Both the position numbers and the translations under genes were made by a program. The notes under the pieces were generated by a model. The model ran no database searches. It worked only from the letters and a program-made list of their open reading frames with translations, and was not told the DNA's origin. From an uncultured Methanosarcinaceae archaeon (GTDB lineage Archaea; Halobacteriota; Methanosarcinia; Methanosarcinales; Methanosarcinaceae), in NCBI GenBank assembly GCA_963727895.1, contig CAVSHT010000004.1, positions 64,001 through 128,000 of the forward strand: a stretch of DNA of 64,000 nucleotides, in the 5' to 3' direction. Shown here piece after piece: positions 30,992-43,287 of the stretch (positions are counted from its first letter, which is position 1; every line of letters starts with the position of its first letter).

Positions 30992-32284
30992 ATGAGTTTT
31001 AACATGTATGTACCTACCAGAACTTTATTTGGAGGAGGTCAATTAAAAAATTTGAACACTCCGAAAATGCCTGGCAAAAAAGCTATGATCGTTATCTCTA
31101 AAGGAAAATCCACAAGAGCAAATGGTTATCTTGCAAGAACAGAAGAGCAATTGAAGCTAGCAGGAGTAGAAACTGTAGTATTTGACAAAGTTGAAGCAAA
31201 TCCCTTAAAATCAACAGTTATGGCAGGCGGTACTTTTGCAAAAGAAACTAACTGTGATTTTATTGTCGCTCTGGGTGGCGGAAGCTGTATGGATGCGGCA
31301 AAGGCAATTGCTGTAATGGCCACTAACGATGGCGATTATTGGGATTATATTCCTTCAGGTAGTGGAAAAGGGAAAACGATAGATACCAAACCTCTTCCGG
31401 TTGTAGCTATTACAACAACAGCAGGAACAGGTTCCGAAACTGATCCAGGAACAGTAGTTACCAATGAAGAAAAGCATGAGAAAACCGGATTTGTACATGA
31501 CGATCTGTTTCCAGTTTTGGCAATTGTCGATCCGGAACTTATGCTTTCTGTGCCGCCCAAATACACGGCTTATCAAGGATTCGATGCGTTGTTTCATAGT
31601 GTAGAAGGCTATGTTTCGAATGGTGTCAACCTTATGAGTAATATGTATGCTATCACAGCAATTGAAAATGTAGGACAAAATCTTACAAAAGCGGTGAAAG
31701 ACGGAAATGATCTGGATGCGCGCGAAAAGGTTGCGTTTGGCAACACGCTTTCCGGGACGGTAATGTGTGTTGGTTGTTGCACCAGTGAGCATTCTCTGGA
31801 ACATGCCATGTCAGCCTATCATCAAGAACTTCCGCACGGTGCAGATCTAATCATGATTAGCAAAGCGTATTTTACACATCTTATTGACAGGCACGTATGC
31901 GACGATAGGTTTGTAATAATGGCAAAGGCAATGGGGATGGAGGATGCTAAAGAGCCTATGGATTTCATCACAATGCTGGTGAAATTACAGGAAGAATGTG
32001 GGGTTTCCAATCTCGAAGGTGCCCAATATGACCGAAACTGGTTGGATATTCATATGGTACCGGAGCAATCTGTACAGGCTGATCTGGATGTAAATGGTGA
32101 GAATATGATGCCGATGCATTGGGGAGCATTTATACTTGCGAATCATGGATGGAATGAACCAATAAAAAGAGTACTAAAAGAAGCAGATAAAAGAGACGTA
32201 AATATGATTGCTCCTCTGATTGGTGAAACGGTACTATTAGATTCAGACCTACACATACCTTCAACTCCATGGTGGGATTTTTGA
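30992..32284 (+). CDS. Iron-containing alcohol dehydrogenase with its C-terminus replaced by an MBL-fold hydrolase fragment (chimera)
   Basis: GGGSCMDAAK, GTGSE, DALFHSVE, HSLEH and PHG motifs. After ~32012: EGAQYD..W.DIHM.PEQSVQ...PMHWGAF. Confidence 0.8.
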   Translation: MSFNMYVPTRTLFGGGQLKNLNTPKMPGKKAMIVISKGKSTRANGYLARTEEQLKLAGVETVVFDKVEANPLKSTVMAGGTFAKETNCDFIVALGGGSCMDAAKAIAVMATNDGDYWDYIPSGSGKGKTIDTKPLPVVAITTTAGTGSETDPGTVVTNEEKHEKTGFVHDDLFPVLAIVDPELMLSVPPKYTAYQGFDALFHSVEGYVSNGVNLMSNMYAITAIENVGQNLTKAVKDGNDLDAREKVAFGNTLSGTVMCVGCCTSEHSLEHAMSAYHQELPHGADLIMISKAYFTHLIDRHVCDDRFVIMAKAMGMEDAKEPMDFITMLVKLQEECGVSNLEGAQYDRNWLDIHMVPEQSVQADLDVNGENMMPMHWGAFILANHGWNEPIKRVLKEADKRDVNMIAPLIGETVLLDSDLHIPSTPWWDF

Positions 32285-32483
32285 AAGAGCATTATCTATG
32301 GAGATGGTGCCTGGAATGTGGGAGATATCAAAGTAAACAAAGTCATGGAGTCGGGATATGAATGCGAAAAGCGATTTGATAGAAAGAGAAGAATCTAGGC
32401 ATGTTGGAAAATTACTTTTTAATTTTTTACATTTCACCTTTATTTGTATGGCTTACTTTTATATACTATTAACTCTTATATAC

Positions 32484-32497
32484 TGACTGACCAGTCA
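32484..32497. promoter_or_regulatory. TetR operator-like site
   Basis: TGACTGACCAGTCA ~25 bp after TTATATAC. Confidence 0.65.
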
Positions 32498-32682
32498 CTC
32501 ATGAAGATCGATCAAGTAAACGATTAAAAAAGAATATCGTGAAAATTTTAAAGAAAATAAAATCAGAGAGAACATTTGAAAGTTGTCGATATTAACGGCA
32601 GTCTACAGCTAGTAGACTTTTCAGTAAGAATATTTGACATTCAAGAAATTAGGCATCATAAAAATTTTGAAGGGACCAAAAT

Positions 32683-33105
32683 ATGGACAAATCAAATTTA
32701 AGTGAAAGTGTAATTTTCCCGAAAGGTGAAAAACTTCCAGAACAGTTCAGTAAGTTTTTTTCAGGTAACGCATGGCTTTGCATGTTGGTACCGAGAGATA
32801 ATGAATTTAATTGTCCCATTGGTAATGTGACATTCGAACCTGGCTGCAGAAATAACTGGCATAAACATGCTGGCGGACAGATCCTGCTAGTAACAGGAGG
32901 ACGTGGTTATTATCAGGAAGAAGGAAAGCCTGCACAGGAACTTAATCCTGGTGATGTAGTAAAAATCGCTCCAAATGTAAAGCACTGGCATGGAGCGGCA
33001 CCTGACAGTTGGTTTGTACATCTTTCCGTTGAGACAAACGTTAATGCAGGTCCGGCAGAATGGTTGGAACCCGTAACTGATGAAGAATATAACAATTTAA
33101 GCTAA
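32683..33105 (+). CDS. Cupin-domain protein
   Basis: NVTFEPGCRNNWHKH.GGQIL and HWHGA motifs. Confidence 0.92.
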   Translation: MDKSNLSESVIFPKGEKLPEQFSKFFSGNAWLCMLVPRDNEFNCPIGNVTFEPGCRNNWHKHAGGQILLVTGGRGYYQEEGKPAQELNPGDVVKIAPNVKHWHGAAPDSWFVHLSVETNVNAGPAEWLEPVTDEEYNNLS

Positions 33106-33140
33106 CACTGTTAGATAATTTGACAATATAGAGACGATAA

Positions 33141-34127
<987 letters not shown>

Positions 34128-34147
34128 ACATAATTGGGGGCATAAGA

Positions 34148-34783
34148 TTGAAAGTATTATTAGTAAACGGAAGTCCACATGAGAAAGGCTGTACCTATAC
34201 TGCTCTTTCCGAAGTAGCAAAGACTTTGAATGAAGAAGAGATTGACACAGAAATTTATTGGATCGGAAAAAAGCCTCTTACTGGGTGCACTGCCTGTAAG
34301 AGCTGCGCCAAAACAGGAAGATGTGCATTTAATGACCGTGTCAATGACTTCCTTGACATTGCCAAAGATGCCGATGGATTTATTTTCGGTTCTCCGGTGC
34401 ATTATGCATCCGCAGGTGGTGCGATTACATCTTTTATGGATTGCGTTTTCTATACCGACCTGCAAGGAGGACGACAGTCTTTTTATCTGAAACCAGTGGC
34501 AGCAGTTGTTTCCGCAAGGAGAGCGGGAACGACAGCAACACTTGACCAGCTCAATAAGTATTTCACCATTTCGGAGATGCCAATTATTTCTTCCCGCTAT
34601 TGGAATATGGTTCATGGAGCAAAACCTGAAGATGTGAAAAAAGACCTGGAAGGATTGCAGATCATGCGTGTGCTTGCATGGAATATGGCATGGTTCCTGA
34701 AGTGCAAGGAGGCTGGCACGAAGGCTGGCGTACAGCTTCCGATGAAAGAAAAAAGCATCTATACAAATTTCATTAGGGAATAA
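34148..34783 (+). CDS. Flavodoxin-family / iron-sulfur flavoprotein
   Basis: NGSPH, CTACKSCAKTGRC and GSPVHYA; TTG start. Confidence 0.88.
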   Translation: MKVLLVNGSPHEKGCTYTALSEVAKTLNEEEIDTEIYWIGKKPLTGCTACKSCAKTGRCAFNDRVNDFLDIAKDADGFIFGSPVHYASAGGAITSFMDCVFYTDLQGGRQSFYLKPVAAVVSARRAGTTATLDQLNKYFTISEMPIISSRYWNMVHGAKPEDVKKDLEGLQIMRVLAWNMAWFLKCKEAGTKAGVQLPMKEKSIYTNFIRE

Positions 34784-34838
34784 TCATTAATTGAAATCTT
34801 TGAATGTTAATAGACAAAAAGAAAGTGAGAGGCAAGAA

Positions 34839-35369
34839 ATGACTAACTTAAAAGATCAGAAATGTCTTATTGCTTATTTTTCACGTGAGGGGAATAACTA
34901 TGTCAGTGGCAAGATCGTGAATTTGCCTGTCGGCAACACAAAAGTAGTAGCCAACATGATCCGTGAAATAACAGGAGGCAATGTTTTCCAGATTGATACA
35001 GTAAAGTCTTATCCTAAAGATTATTCTGCAACCACCAACGTAGCAAAAAAGGAATTGAATGAAAATGCCAGACCTGAGCTTACCAGCCACGTGGACGACA
35101 TGGAGTCGTATGACGTGATATTCTTGGGTTACCCTAATTGGTGGGGAACGATGCCAATGGCTGTCTACACATTCTTGGAAGAATATGACCTTTCCGGAAA
35201 GACCATTGTTCCATTCTGCACACATGAAGGAAGCGGAATGGGCCGCAGTGAAAGTGATATTGCAAAGCTTTGCCCTAAAACAACACTTTTGAAAGGGCTT
35301 GCTATTCACGGTTCACGTGTAAGTGCTGCAAAAAAGGATATTGAAGGCTGGTTGAACAAATTAGCATAA
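34839..35369 (+). CDS. Flavodoxin
   Basis: IAYFSR.G...GNT, GYPNWWG and FCTHEGSG. Confidence 0.9.
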   Translation: MTNLKDQKCLIAYFSREGNNYVSGKIVNLPVGNTKVVANMIREITGGNVFQIDTVKSYPKDYSATTNVAKKELNENARPELTSHVDDMESYDVIFLGYPNWWGTMPMAVYTFLEEYDLSGKTIVPFCTHEGSGMGRSESDIAKLCPKTTLLKGLAIHGSRVSAAKKDIEGWLNKLA

Positions 35370-35390
35370 ATTCATACAGGAGGCTAAAAA

Positions 35391-36533
35391 ATGACAAAAA
35401 AATTAGGTTTTGGCTGTATGAGATTGCCACTTCTGGACAAAGATGACCAGACATCATTTGACACAAAGACACTGAACAAATTGGTAGGTACATTTCTGGA
35501 AAAAGGCTTCACTTATTTCGATACAGCTTATACATACCATGGATTTAAGAGTGAGGAAGCTGTCAAAGAGGCTCTGGTAAAAAGACATAACAGAGATGAA
35601 TTCGCTCTTGCAACGAAACTTCCCCCCAGAATGTTAAAATCAGCGGATGATCATGAAAGGATCTTTAACGAGCAACTGGAAAATTGTGGTGTTGAATTCT
35701 TTGATTATTACCTGCTCCACAATGTTGGTGTAAGTGCCTATGAACAGGCATGTAAATATGATACATTCGGTTTTGCATTGAAGAAAAAGGAAAAAGGCAA
35801 AATAAAGAACGTGGGTATGTCTTTCCATGACACTCCGGAATTGCTGGATGAGATTCTGACCGCTCACCCGAAATTTGATTTTGTTCAATTGCAGATCAAT
35901 TACATTGACTGGGAAAATCCAGGTATCCAGTCAAGAAGATGCTATGAAGTGGCAAGAAAACATAACAAGCCAATTGTTGTAATGGAACCCATCAAGGGTG
36001 GAAATCTTGCAGCAGTTCCAAAAAAGGCGGAAGAATTGATGAAAGCATATGACAAGGATGCTTCAGTTGCTTCTTGGGCTATCAGATTTGCTGCCAGTCA
36101 GGAAGGTGTCATGATGGTACTCAGCGGCATGAATACCATGGAACAGGTTCTTGATAATACTTCATATATGGCAGACTTTAAACCCCTGAACGAGGAAGAA
36201 TACAGGATTCTCGACCAAGTAATTGATATTATAAATGAAGATACTGCGATTCCCTGCACAACATGCAGATATTGTGAAGCAGGCTGTCCTAAGAATATTG
36301 CGATACCGGACTACTTTTCATTATATAATAGCGCAAAGCGTGCTGTGACTGATAATATTTCAAGCCAGTTTGTTTACTATCTGAACCTCACTTCAAATCA
36401 TGGCAAGGCTAGCGATTGCATAGACTGTAAACAATGTGAAAAGGCATGTCCTCAGCATCTGAAGATAACAGAATATCTCAAAGATGTGTCCGCGGAATTT
36501 GAAGCTGGAGGACCGGCATTACCGACAAAATAA
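35391..36533 (+). CDS. Aldo/keto reductase with C-terminal 4Fe-4S dicluster
   Basis: LGFGCMRLP, FDTAY, CTTCRYCEAGCP and CIDCKQCEKACP; GGAGG RBS. Confidence 0.93.
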   Translation: MTKKLGFGCMRLPLLDKDDQTSFDTKTLNKLVGTFLEKGFTYFDTAYTYHGFKSEEAVKEALVKRHNRDEFALATKLPPRMLKSADDHERIFNEQLENCGVEFFDYYLLHNVGVSAYEQACKYDTFGFALKKKEKGKIKNVGMSFHDTPELLDEILTAHPKFDFVQLQINYIDWENPGIQSRRCYEVARKHNKPIVVMEPIKGGNLAAVPKKAEELMKAYDKDASVASWAIRFAASQEGVMMVLSGMNTMEQVLDNTSYMADFKPLNEEEYRILDQVIDIINEDTAIPCTTCRYCEAGCPKNIAIPDYFSLYNSAKRAVTDNISSQFVYYLNLTSNHGKASDCIDCKQCEKACPQHLKITEYLKDVSAEFEAGGPALPTK

Positions 36534-36635
36534 AGATGAATGATAATTTGATCGAACAGTTTGCTAAACAAACTGGCGGTTGTGGGGAAATAGTAAGACA
36601 GATTCCGAATATCTTAGCGGAATGAAAGTGAGGTT

Positions 36636-37389
36636 TTGATCATGAGGATTAGTGAAACAGCAAACAAGAACCATGAAGAATTATTTCCCAATCACAAATC
36701 TACACTAAAAGTAACAGATCCAGAACTTATAGAAGTCTTTGATAATTTTGCTTTTGATGAAGTAATTAGTTATGGAAATTTAGATACAAAAACCAGGTTA
36801 ATGGTCATTTTGGGATCGCTGATCGCAAGCCAGACTTTAAGCGAATATAAATTGATGCTTAGTGCTGCACTTAATGTAGGTGTAATTCCGATCGAGGTTA
36901 AGGAGATTGTATATCAATCTGTACCATATGTCGGGATTGCGAAAGCACTTGATTTTATCCATGCCACCAATGAAATACTGGATAGCAGAGGGATAGAACT
37001 TCCATTAGAAGGTCAATCTACAACTTCACCAGAAACACGATATGAAAAGGGGTTAGAAATACAAAAATCAATTTTTGGAGAAATGATTGATAAAATGTAT
37101 GAGGAATCACCAGCAAATCAGGTCCATATTCAAAAATATTTATCTGCAAACTGTTTTGGTGATTATTTACACCAGAAAAGGACTGGATATAAAAACAAGA
37201 GAGCTTTTGACATTTTCTGTGATTTTATCCCTGGGTGGATGTGAGCCACAGTTAAAAGGACATATCCAGGGCAATCTAAATGTTGGAAACAATAAAGAAA
37301 CATTGCTTAGTGCAGTTACGCAGTTATTGCCATATGTGGGATATCCAAGAACATTGAATGCAATAAGATGCTTAAATGAAGTAGAGTGA
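36636..37389 (+). pseudogene. Double carboxymuconolactone-decarboxylase (CMD) family protein, frameshifted
   Basis: Two CMD halves (DNFAFDEV..., CFGD..TRKGLD..TREL) split across frames near 37165. Confidence 0.85.
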
Positions 37390-37582
37390 CCGTTGATCTG
37401 ATCCGCGAGGATGGTTTCGATCATGTGGGCGGTCAGTACCTTTGGATCACCCGATATACCGAGTTTTTCGCGCTGCTAATTGCCCAACTAGCGTACCGGT
37501 TCGAGTGGTTTTGGGCAAGTAGACGTATGGGAGACAGCTAATGATTTGCAAAATGATTTTTGCGCAAAGCAAGTGAGGATAT

Positions 37583-37689
37583 ATGACTGCCCATCCCATT
37601 CACATCATCCCTGAACAAAAATATGAGGTCACTCCGTTGGAGCTTTTCTTCGATCTCGTGTTCGCGTTCGCAGTATCGCAGCTCTCACT
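37583..37689 (+). pseudogene. N-terminal fragment of an LtrA-like membrane protein
   Basis: EVTPLELFFDLVFAFAVSQLS, cut off by the dehydrogenase fragment. Confidence 0.65.
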
Positions 37690-38691
37690 ATGGGAGTTGT
37701 TGAAGAAGTTGGAAATGCAGTTGAGCTGGTTAAACCTGGTGATAGGGTAGTAATACCATTTAACGTTGCCTGTGGATCTTGTTTGAATTGCATTCAGGGT
37801 TTAACTAATCTGTGTCTTACTATGAATCCAGAAATGGCTGGAGCAGGCTATGGATTTCCTGGAATGGGACCATATGCTGGTGGACAAGCAGAGTACTTGA
37901 GAGTTCCTTTTGGAGACTGGGCTTGCTTAAAATTACCCGGTGAACCAGGGGATGAATTTGAAGATGATTTTTTGCTGCTTTCAGATATATTTCCAACAGC
38001 ATATTATGCAACAGAGCTAGCTAAAGTAAAAACTGGGAAAACTGTAGCTGTTTTTGGTGCTGGGCCTGTAGGCTTACTTGCAGCATACAGTTCAATGTTA
38101 AAAGGTGCAAGTGAAGTCTACGTTGTTGATAAATCAGACAAACGTTTAAAACTTGCTGAATCAATTGGTGCAATTCCAATTAACTTTACAGATGGTGATC
38201 CAGTTGAGATGATAATGCAATACCGTCAAGATAATAATAAATTAATGAGTTCTTTAAGGCATGGAGAAGAAAAGGCTTTAGGTGTGAATTGTGCAATTGA
38301 CGCAGTGGGTTATCAAGCATTTGATCGAAATAATCCTGAAGAATTTAAGGCAAATCAAGTTTTAATGGATATAGCAAGAATTATAGCTCCCGGGGGCAGC
38401 GTTGGAGTAGTTGGTGTTTATAGTCCAGATCCTGTTAGTAAGGATGAAAATGAAAAACTAGGACATTTAACGCTTCCGTGGGCTGAATTATGGTTCAAAG
38501 GAGTATCTATAGGTACTGGGCCAACACCTGTTAAACAAATGCATGTGTTTTTAAGAAATTTGATATTCAATGGTAAAGCAAAACCAAGCTTCATAGTATC
38601 TGACCATATCAGCATTGATGAAGCTCCTGAGGCGTATAAGCAATTTGATAAGAGGGATAATGTAGTTAAGCCTATAATCAAATTCCATTAA
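37690..38691 (+). pseudogene. Zn-dependent glutathione-independent formaldehyde dehydrogenase-like gene, N-terminally truncated
   Basis: Structural Zn CGSCLNC...C, LSDIFPT and GAGPVG motifs. It begins just after where GHE should be, so the catalytic Cys/His are missing. Confidence 0.8.
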
Positions 38692-38926
38692 GTCAAAGTA
38701 AGAATTTAAACTATTTCAATTTTTAAAGTCAACTTTTCTTTAATTAATTCTTCCTAACTACAGAAACCACGGACTAAAATCCGTCAATCAGGTATATAAA
38801 TTTATTAAAAACTTTCCTTTAAGTACCCAGCTAATCAGGAGTATAGCTGTGAGTTGTCTCAATTTCTTTTTACACTTCGTCATTGATGGTTGAGCAAATA
38901 GTTATATACTATTAATACCTGATGAT

Positions 38927-38940
38927 TGATTGATCAGTCA
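38927..38940. promoter_or_regulatory. TetR operator-like site
   Basis: TGATTGATCAGTCA ~25 bp after TTATATAC. Confidence 0.65.
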
Positions 38941-39030
38941 ATAGCTAAATTCACGCTACTAATAAACTCGTCTCAAAACTCAAATTACTGAAGTATAAAA
39001 GCATAATCAATAATAGGGAAGATAATACAA

Positions 39031-39564
39031 ATGAGCAAAAAAGTATTAGTATTGTCTGCAAGTCCAAGAAAAGGCGGAAACTCAGACCTGCTGTGCGACC
39101 AGTTTATGCTTGGAGCAAAAGAAGCCGGACACACTGTAGAGAAGATATTCTTGAGGGATAAGGAAATCAATTACTGCACAGGATGTGGAGCCTGTTTGGG
39201 AAAGGACTGTCCTCAAGAAGATGATATGGCTGAAGTCCTGGAGAAAATGATTACGTCAGAGGTGATCTTAATGGCAACGCCAGTGTATTTCTACACAATG
39301 AATGGTCAAATGAAGACTCTAATTGATCGCACCTGTTCTCGTTACACTGAGATCAACGACAAGGACTTTTATTTTATTGCAACGGCAGCCGACGATAGTA
39401 AGCAGGCTATGGAGAGAACATTGGAAGGATTCCGGGGATTTACTTCCTGCCTTGAGGGAGCAAAGGAAAAGGGTATTATTTATGGAACTGGTGTCTGGAA
39501 TATGGGAGACATCAAAGAAAGCAAAGCAATGGAACAGGCATATGAAATGGGAAAAGCGGTTTGA
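39031..39564 (+). CDS. Flavodoxin-family / iron-sulfur flavoprotein
   Basis: SPRKGGNS, CTGCGACLGKDC and TPVYFY. Confidence 0.9.
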   Translation: MSKKVLVLSASPRKGGNSDLLCDQFMLGAKEAGHTVEKIFLRDKEINYCTGCGACLGKDCPQEDDMAEVLEKMITSEVILMATPVYFYTMNGQMKTLIDRTCSRYTEINDKDFYFIATAADDSKQAMERTLEGFRGFTSCLEGAKEKGIIYGTGVWNMGDIKESKAMEQAYEMGKAV

Positions 39565-39634
39565 TTCGGAAGAAGGAACAATGAGCAAGAACAGGTATAA
39601 TGAGCGGAAATAAAGATTATGAGGTGTTAAGACA

Positions 39635-40466
39635 ATGAAAAATGTAATCGTAGTCATTGGTGCAGGGTCAATTGGCCAGGCAATCGCACGTCGTGTGAGT
39701 GCAGGAAAACATGTATTGTTGGCAGATATAAAGAAGGAGAATGTTGACGCTGCGGCAGAAGTCATGATGGATGCTGGATTTGAGGTGAGTACAGCAATAG
39801 TAGATATATCATCACGTGAGTCGATTCATGCATTGGTCCAGAAAGCGACTACTATTGGAGATGATATTACTGGTATAATCCTTGCAGCAGGAGTATCGCC
39901 TTCGCAGGCATCACCAGAAACGATCTTAAAAGTGGACCTGTATGGTACTGCTGTAGTGCTGGAAGAATTTGGGAATGTCATTTCACCGAATGGTTCTGGT
40001 GTTATTATTTCTTCACAATCAGGACATAGGCTCCCAGCATTATCTGTTGAACAAAATAAGGACCTGGCTACTACGCCTGTTGAGGAATTACTTGATCTTG
40101 AGACTGTTGCAATTAGATAATATTACTGATTCGCTTCAAGCTTATCAGCTATCCAAACGTGCAAATTCTCTATGGGTGATGGCTGAGGCAGTGCGCTGGG
40201 GTAAACGAGGTGCAAGGATTAACGCCATAAGTCCAGGTATAATCTTCACACCACTTGCCAGAGATGAGATGAAAGGTCCACGTGGAGGGGGATATAGACG
40301 TATGATTGAAGTATCTGCATCAGGTCGTGGAGGTACTCCTGATGAAGTTGGAGCTGTTGCAGCTCTATTAATGGGGTCTGAAGACACATTTATCACGGGC
40401 AGTGACTTTCTCATGGACGGTGGAGTGACAGCTGCCTATTGGTATGGTGAACTTGCGCCGCAATGA
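39635..40466 (+). pseudogene. SDR family oxidoreductase, frameshifted
   Basis: GAGSIG and AGVS in one frame; YQLSK, INAISPG and DGG in another frame after ~40100. Confidence 0.85.
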
Positions 40467-40471
40467 TAAAA

Positions 40472-40765
40472 ATGAAATCAACTGCTGAAACTGAAATTTT
40501 GAACTTGTCACTAGAGAAATTCAAATGGAAAACAACAGGACAATATGACAAACTTAGTGATTTATTTGATGATAATCTTGTAATTATACATATTTCTGGA
40601 CACACCACAACAAAAAAAGAGTAGATTGATCAGTTAAAGTCAGTAAGGTTTGTTTATAACCAAATTGAGCAAAAAGAGGTTTTAGTAAAATGCTATGGCA
40701 ATACTGCTGTATTAGTTGGAAGAATGGAAGCTGGTGAATCTTCACACAACTTTGGGGGATTATGA
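40472..40765 (+). pseudogene. DUF4440/NTF2-like protein remnant
   Basis: LFDDNLVIIHISGH..TKKE*ID...YGNTAVLVG, with an in-frame TAG and a truncated C-terminus. Confidence 0.55.
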
Positions 40766-40846
40766 TGACTGAACCAATATCATTAGACTGTAAACTGACA
40801 AATATATGGAGACTTCTGACTAAAAATTATTTTTTCACCCCTATTG

Positions 40847-40909
40847 TGAGTGATTAGTCAATCAAAACATATATACTAAAAACCATTTCTACGACTAACT
40901 GCTCAGTCA
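40847..40909. promoter_or_regulatory. Two TetR operator-like sites flanking a TATA element
   Basis: TGAGTGATTAGTCA (40847) and TAACTGCTCAGTCA (40896) around TATATACTA. Confidence 0.6.
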
Positions 40910-40955
40910 GTTACGATACTATGTGATACAATTCTAATATTCAGGAGAACTAATA

Positions 40956-41948
40956 ATGTCGGGAAATATGGGATCTAAAAATGAATCAAGTATAAAAACT
41001 TTTGAACTCCATAAAAAAGTAACTGTAAAAAAAGTATCCTATAAAAACCGGTACGGGATTACCGTTGTAGCAGACATGTACTTATCAAAAGATATGGACA
41101 AGTCAAAAAAATATCCAGCAATTGTCATAGGAACACCTTATGGAGGTGTAAAAGAGCAAGGTGCTGGTATTTACGCACAGAATATGGCAGAACGAGGATT
41201 CGTTGCCATTGCATTCGATGAATCTTTTAATGGCGAAAGCAGTGGTGAACCAAGACATGTTTCTTTCCCAGATATATTTGTTGAAGATTTTAGCTCAGGA
41301 GTAGACTTTTTGGGAACACGTCTTTTAGTGGACAGAAACAGGATCGGCGCTATCGGAATCTGTGGAAGTGGCGGATTTTCAATTACTGCAGCTCAAGTTG
41401 ACCCACGTATCAAAGCAGTTGCTACTGCAAGTATGTATGATATAAGTAGCATGATAAGAGATGGATTTGGAAAAACAATGACTGATGAACAGCGTGCTCA
41501 TACTTTAGTTCAGTTGGGCGAGCAACGATGGAAAGACTTTGAGAATGGTACTCCAGAAGTGCCTATGGGTTTCCCAAGTGAACCAGCTGATTCAATTCCA
41601 GAAGGATTAGATCCAATTTCAAGTGAATTTTTTGAATACTATGGAATGGAGCGTGGACATCATCCTAATGCAGGAGCCTCATTCACTATTACAAGTAGCA
41701 TGTCATTCATGAACTTCCCTTTGATGAACTACATTGATACAATTTCACCAAGACCAATTTTGTTCATCATCGGTGAAAATGCTCACTCCAGGTATTACAG
41801 TGAAGATGCCTATGAAATGGCTGCCGAACCCAAAGAACTTTACATTGTTCCGGGAGCAAGACATATTGATCTGTACGACAGAACCGACATGATTCCGTTT
41901 GACAAATTAGAGTCATTCTTTGCAAAATATCTAGGTTACAAAAAATGA
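40956..41948 (+). CDS. Alpha/beta hydrolase (YcjY-like)
   Basis: PYGGVKEQ, GESSGEPR, GICGSGG nucleophile elbow and HIDLYD. Confidence 0.9.
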   Translation: MSGNMGSKNESSIKTFELHKKVTVKKVSYKNRYGITVVADMYLSKDMDKSKKYPAIVIGTPYGGVKEQGAGIYAQNMAERGFVAIAFDESFNGESSGEPRHVSFPDIFVEDFSSGVDFLGTRLLVDRNRIGAIGICGSGGFSITAAQVDPRIKAVATASMYDISSMIRDGFGKTMTDEQRAHTLVQLGEQRWKDFENGTPEVPMGFPSEPADSIPEGLDPISSEFFEYYGMERGHHPNAGASFTITSSMSFMNFPLMNYIDTISPRPILFIIGENAHSRYYSEDAYEMAAEPKELYIVPGARHIDLYDRTDMIPFDKLESFFAKYLGYKK

Positions 41949-42083
41949 GCAGAGTAGTGTTCTACGAACCTAAATTTGAACAATTATCTGGAGATGACAG
42001 GCTAGAAACTTATTTTTGGTCCTCTGCGAGTAATTGGTCAATCACAATGCAACTAAACAATTAATAAATTCAGGAGAACTAAA

Positions 42084-43287
42084 ATGTTATACAGAAAAAT
42101 GCCAAAGAACGGAGACGAGCTTTCGATACTTGGATTCGGATGCATGCGCCTCCCCGTAAAAGAAGACGGTAGTATAGATGAAGAAAGAGCCACTAAGCAG
42201 GTACGCTATGCAATCGACCAGGGAGTAAACTATGTTGATACGGCTTTGGCCCTATCACATGGGACAGAGCGAGCCTTTCTTAGGTCATGCTCTTGCTGAT
42301 GGATATAGAGAAAAGGTTAAACTCGCTACAAAGCTCCCGTCCTGGCTTATAGAGAGCCGAGAGGATATGGATCAGCTCTTGAATGCTCAGTTGGAGAAAC
42401 TCAATACAGACCAGATTGACTATTACCTTATCCATGCTCTTGTTGGTGACCTGTGGGACAATATTGAAAAGATTGGTGTAGCTGATTTCCTTGACAAAGC
42501 CAAAGCTGACGGCCGAATAATTAACGCAGGTTTTTCTTTCCATGGCTCGGGAGAGGATTTCAATCGGATAGTGGATGCCTATGACTGGGACTTTTGCCAG
42601 ATCCAGTATAACTTCCTGGACGAAAAGAACCAAGCAGGTACCAAGGGATTGGAATATGCAGCTTCAAAGGGACTTGGAGTAGTCATTATGGAACCTCTCC
42701 GTGGAGGAAACCTCACAAATCCAGTACCTTCTGCTGTGAAAGAGATCTGGGATGAGGCTCCGACGAAGAGGACCGCTGCAGAATGGGCTCTTCAATGGGT
42801 ATGGAATCATCCAGAGGTCACGGTTGTCCTCTCAGGGATGAATGAGGAAACACATATTGAAGAGAACCTGAAAATGGCAGGTGAGTCTTACCCGAATTCT
42901 TTGACTGAAGCTGAACTGCAGATAATAAAGAAAGTAGAGCAGAAGTACCGTGAACTGATGAAAGTAGGCTGTACAGGCTGCAGATACTGTATGCCTTGTC
43001 CAGTAGGGGTGAATATTCCACTCTGTTTCGAATTGTACAACAACCTCTACATGTCCGGCAATGCAGACGAGACAAAGTTTCTCTATGCTGCACAGTTGAG
43101 TGGTGCCATATCCGTTGGAGAAACCGGATTTGCCTCCCAGTGCGTACAATGCGGACAGTGCCTTGAAAAATGTCCACAGCATATCGATGTCCCAACGATT
43201 CTCGAATCCGTTGTAGAAGAACTTGAAGGCTCTGATTTGGAGGAGAGAGTTGCTATGGCAAAGCAGCTGTTCAAGAAGCAGACTTAA
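42084..43287 (+). pseudogene. Aldo/keto reductase with 4Fe-4S dicluster, frameshifted
   Basis: LGFGCMRLP...DTA, then an extra base at ~42246; WPYHMG... continues to CTGCRYCMPCP and CVQCGQCLEKCP. Confidence 0.85.

Noticed and set aside
40622..40624. In-frame TAG as a pyrrolysine codon (also TAGs in IS1 copies)
   Set aside because: The TAG is most simply a TGG-to-TAG mutation in a gene that is also truncated; no methyltransferase context.
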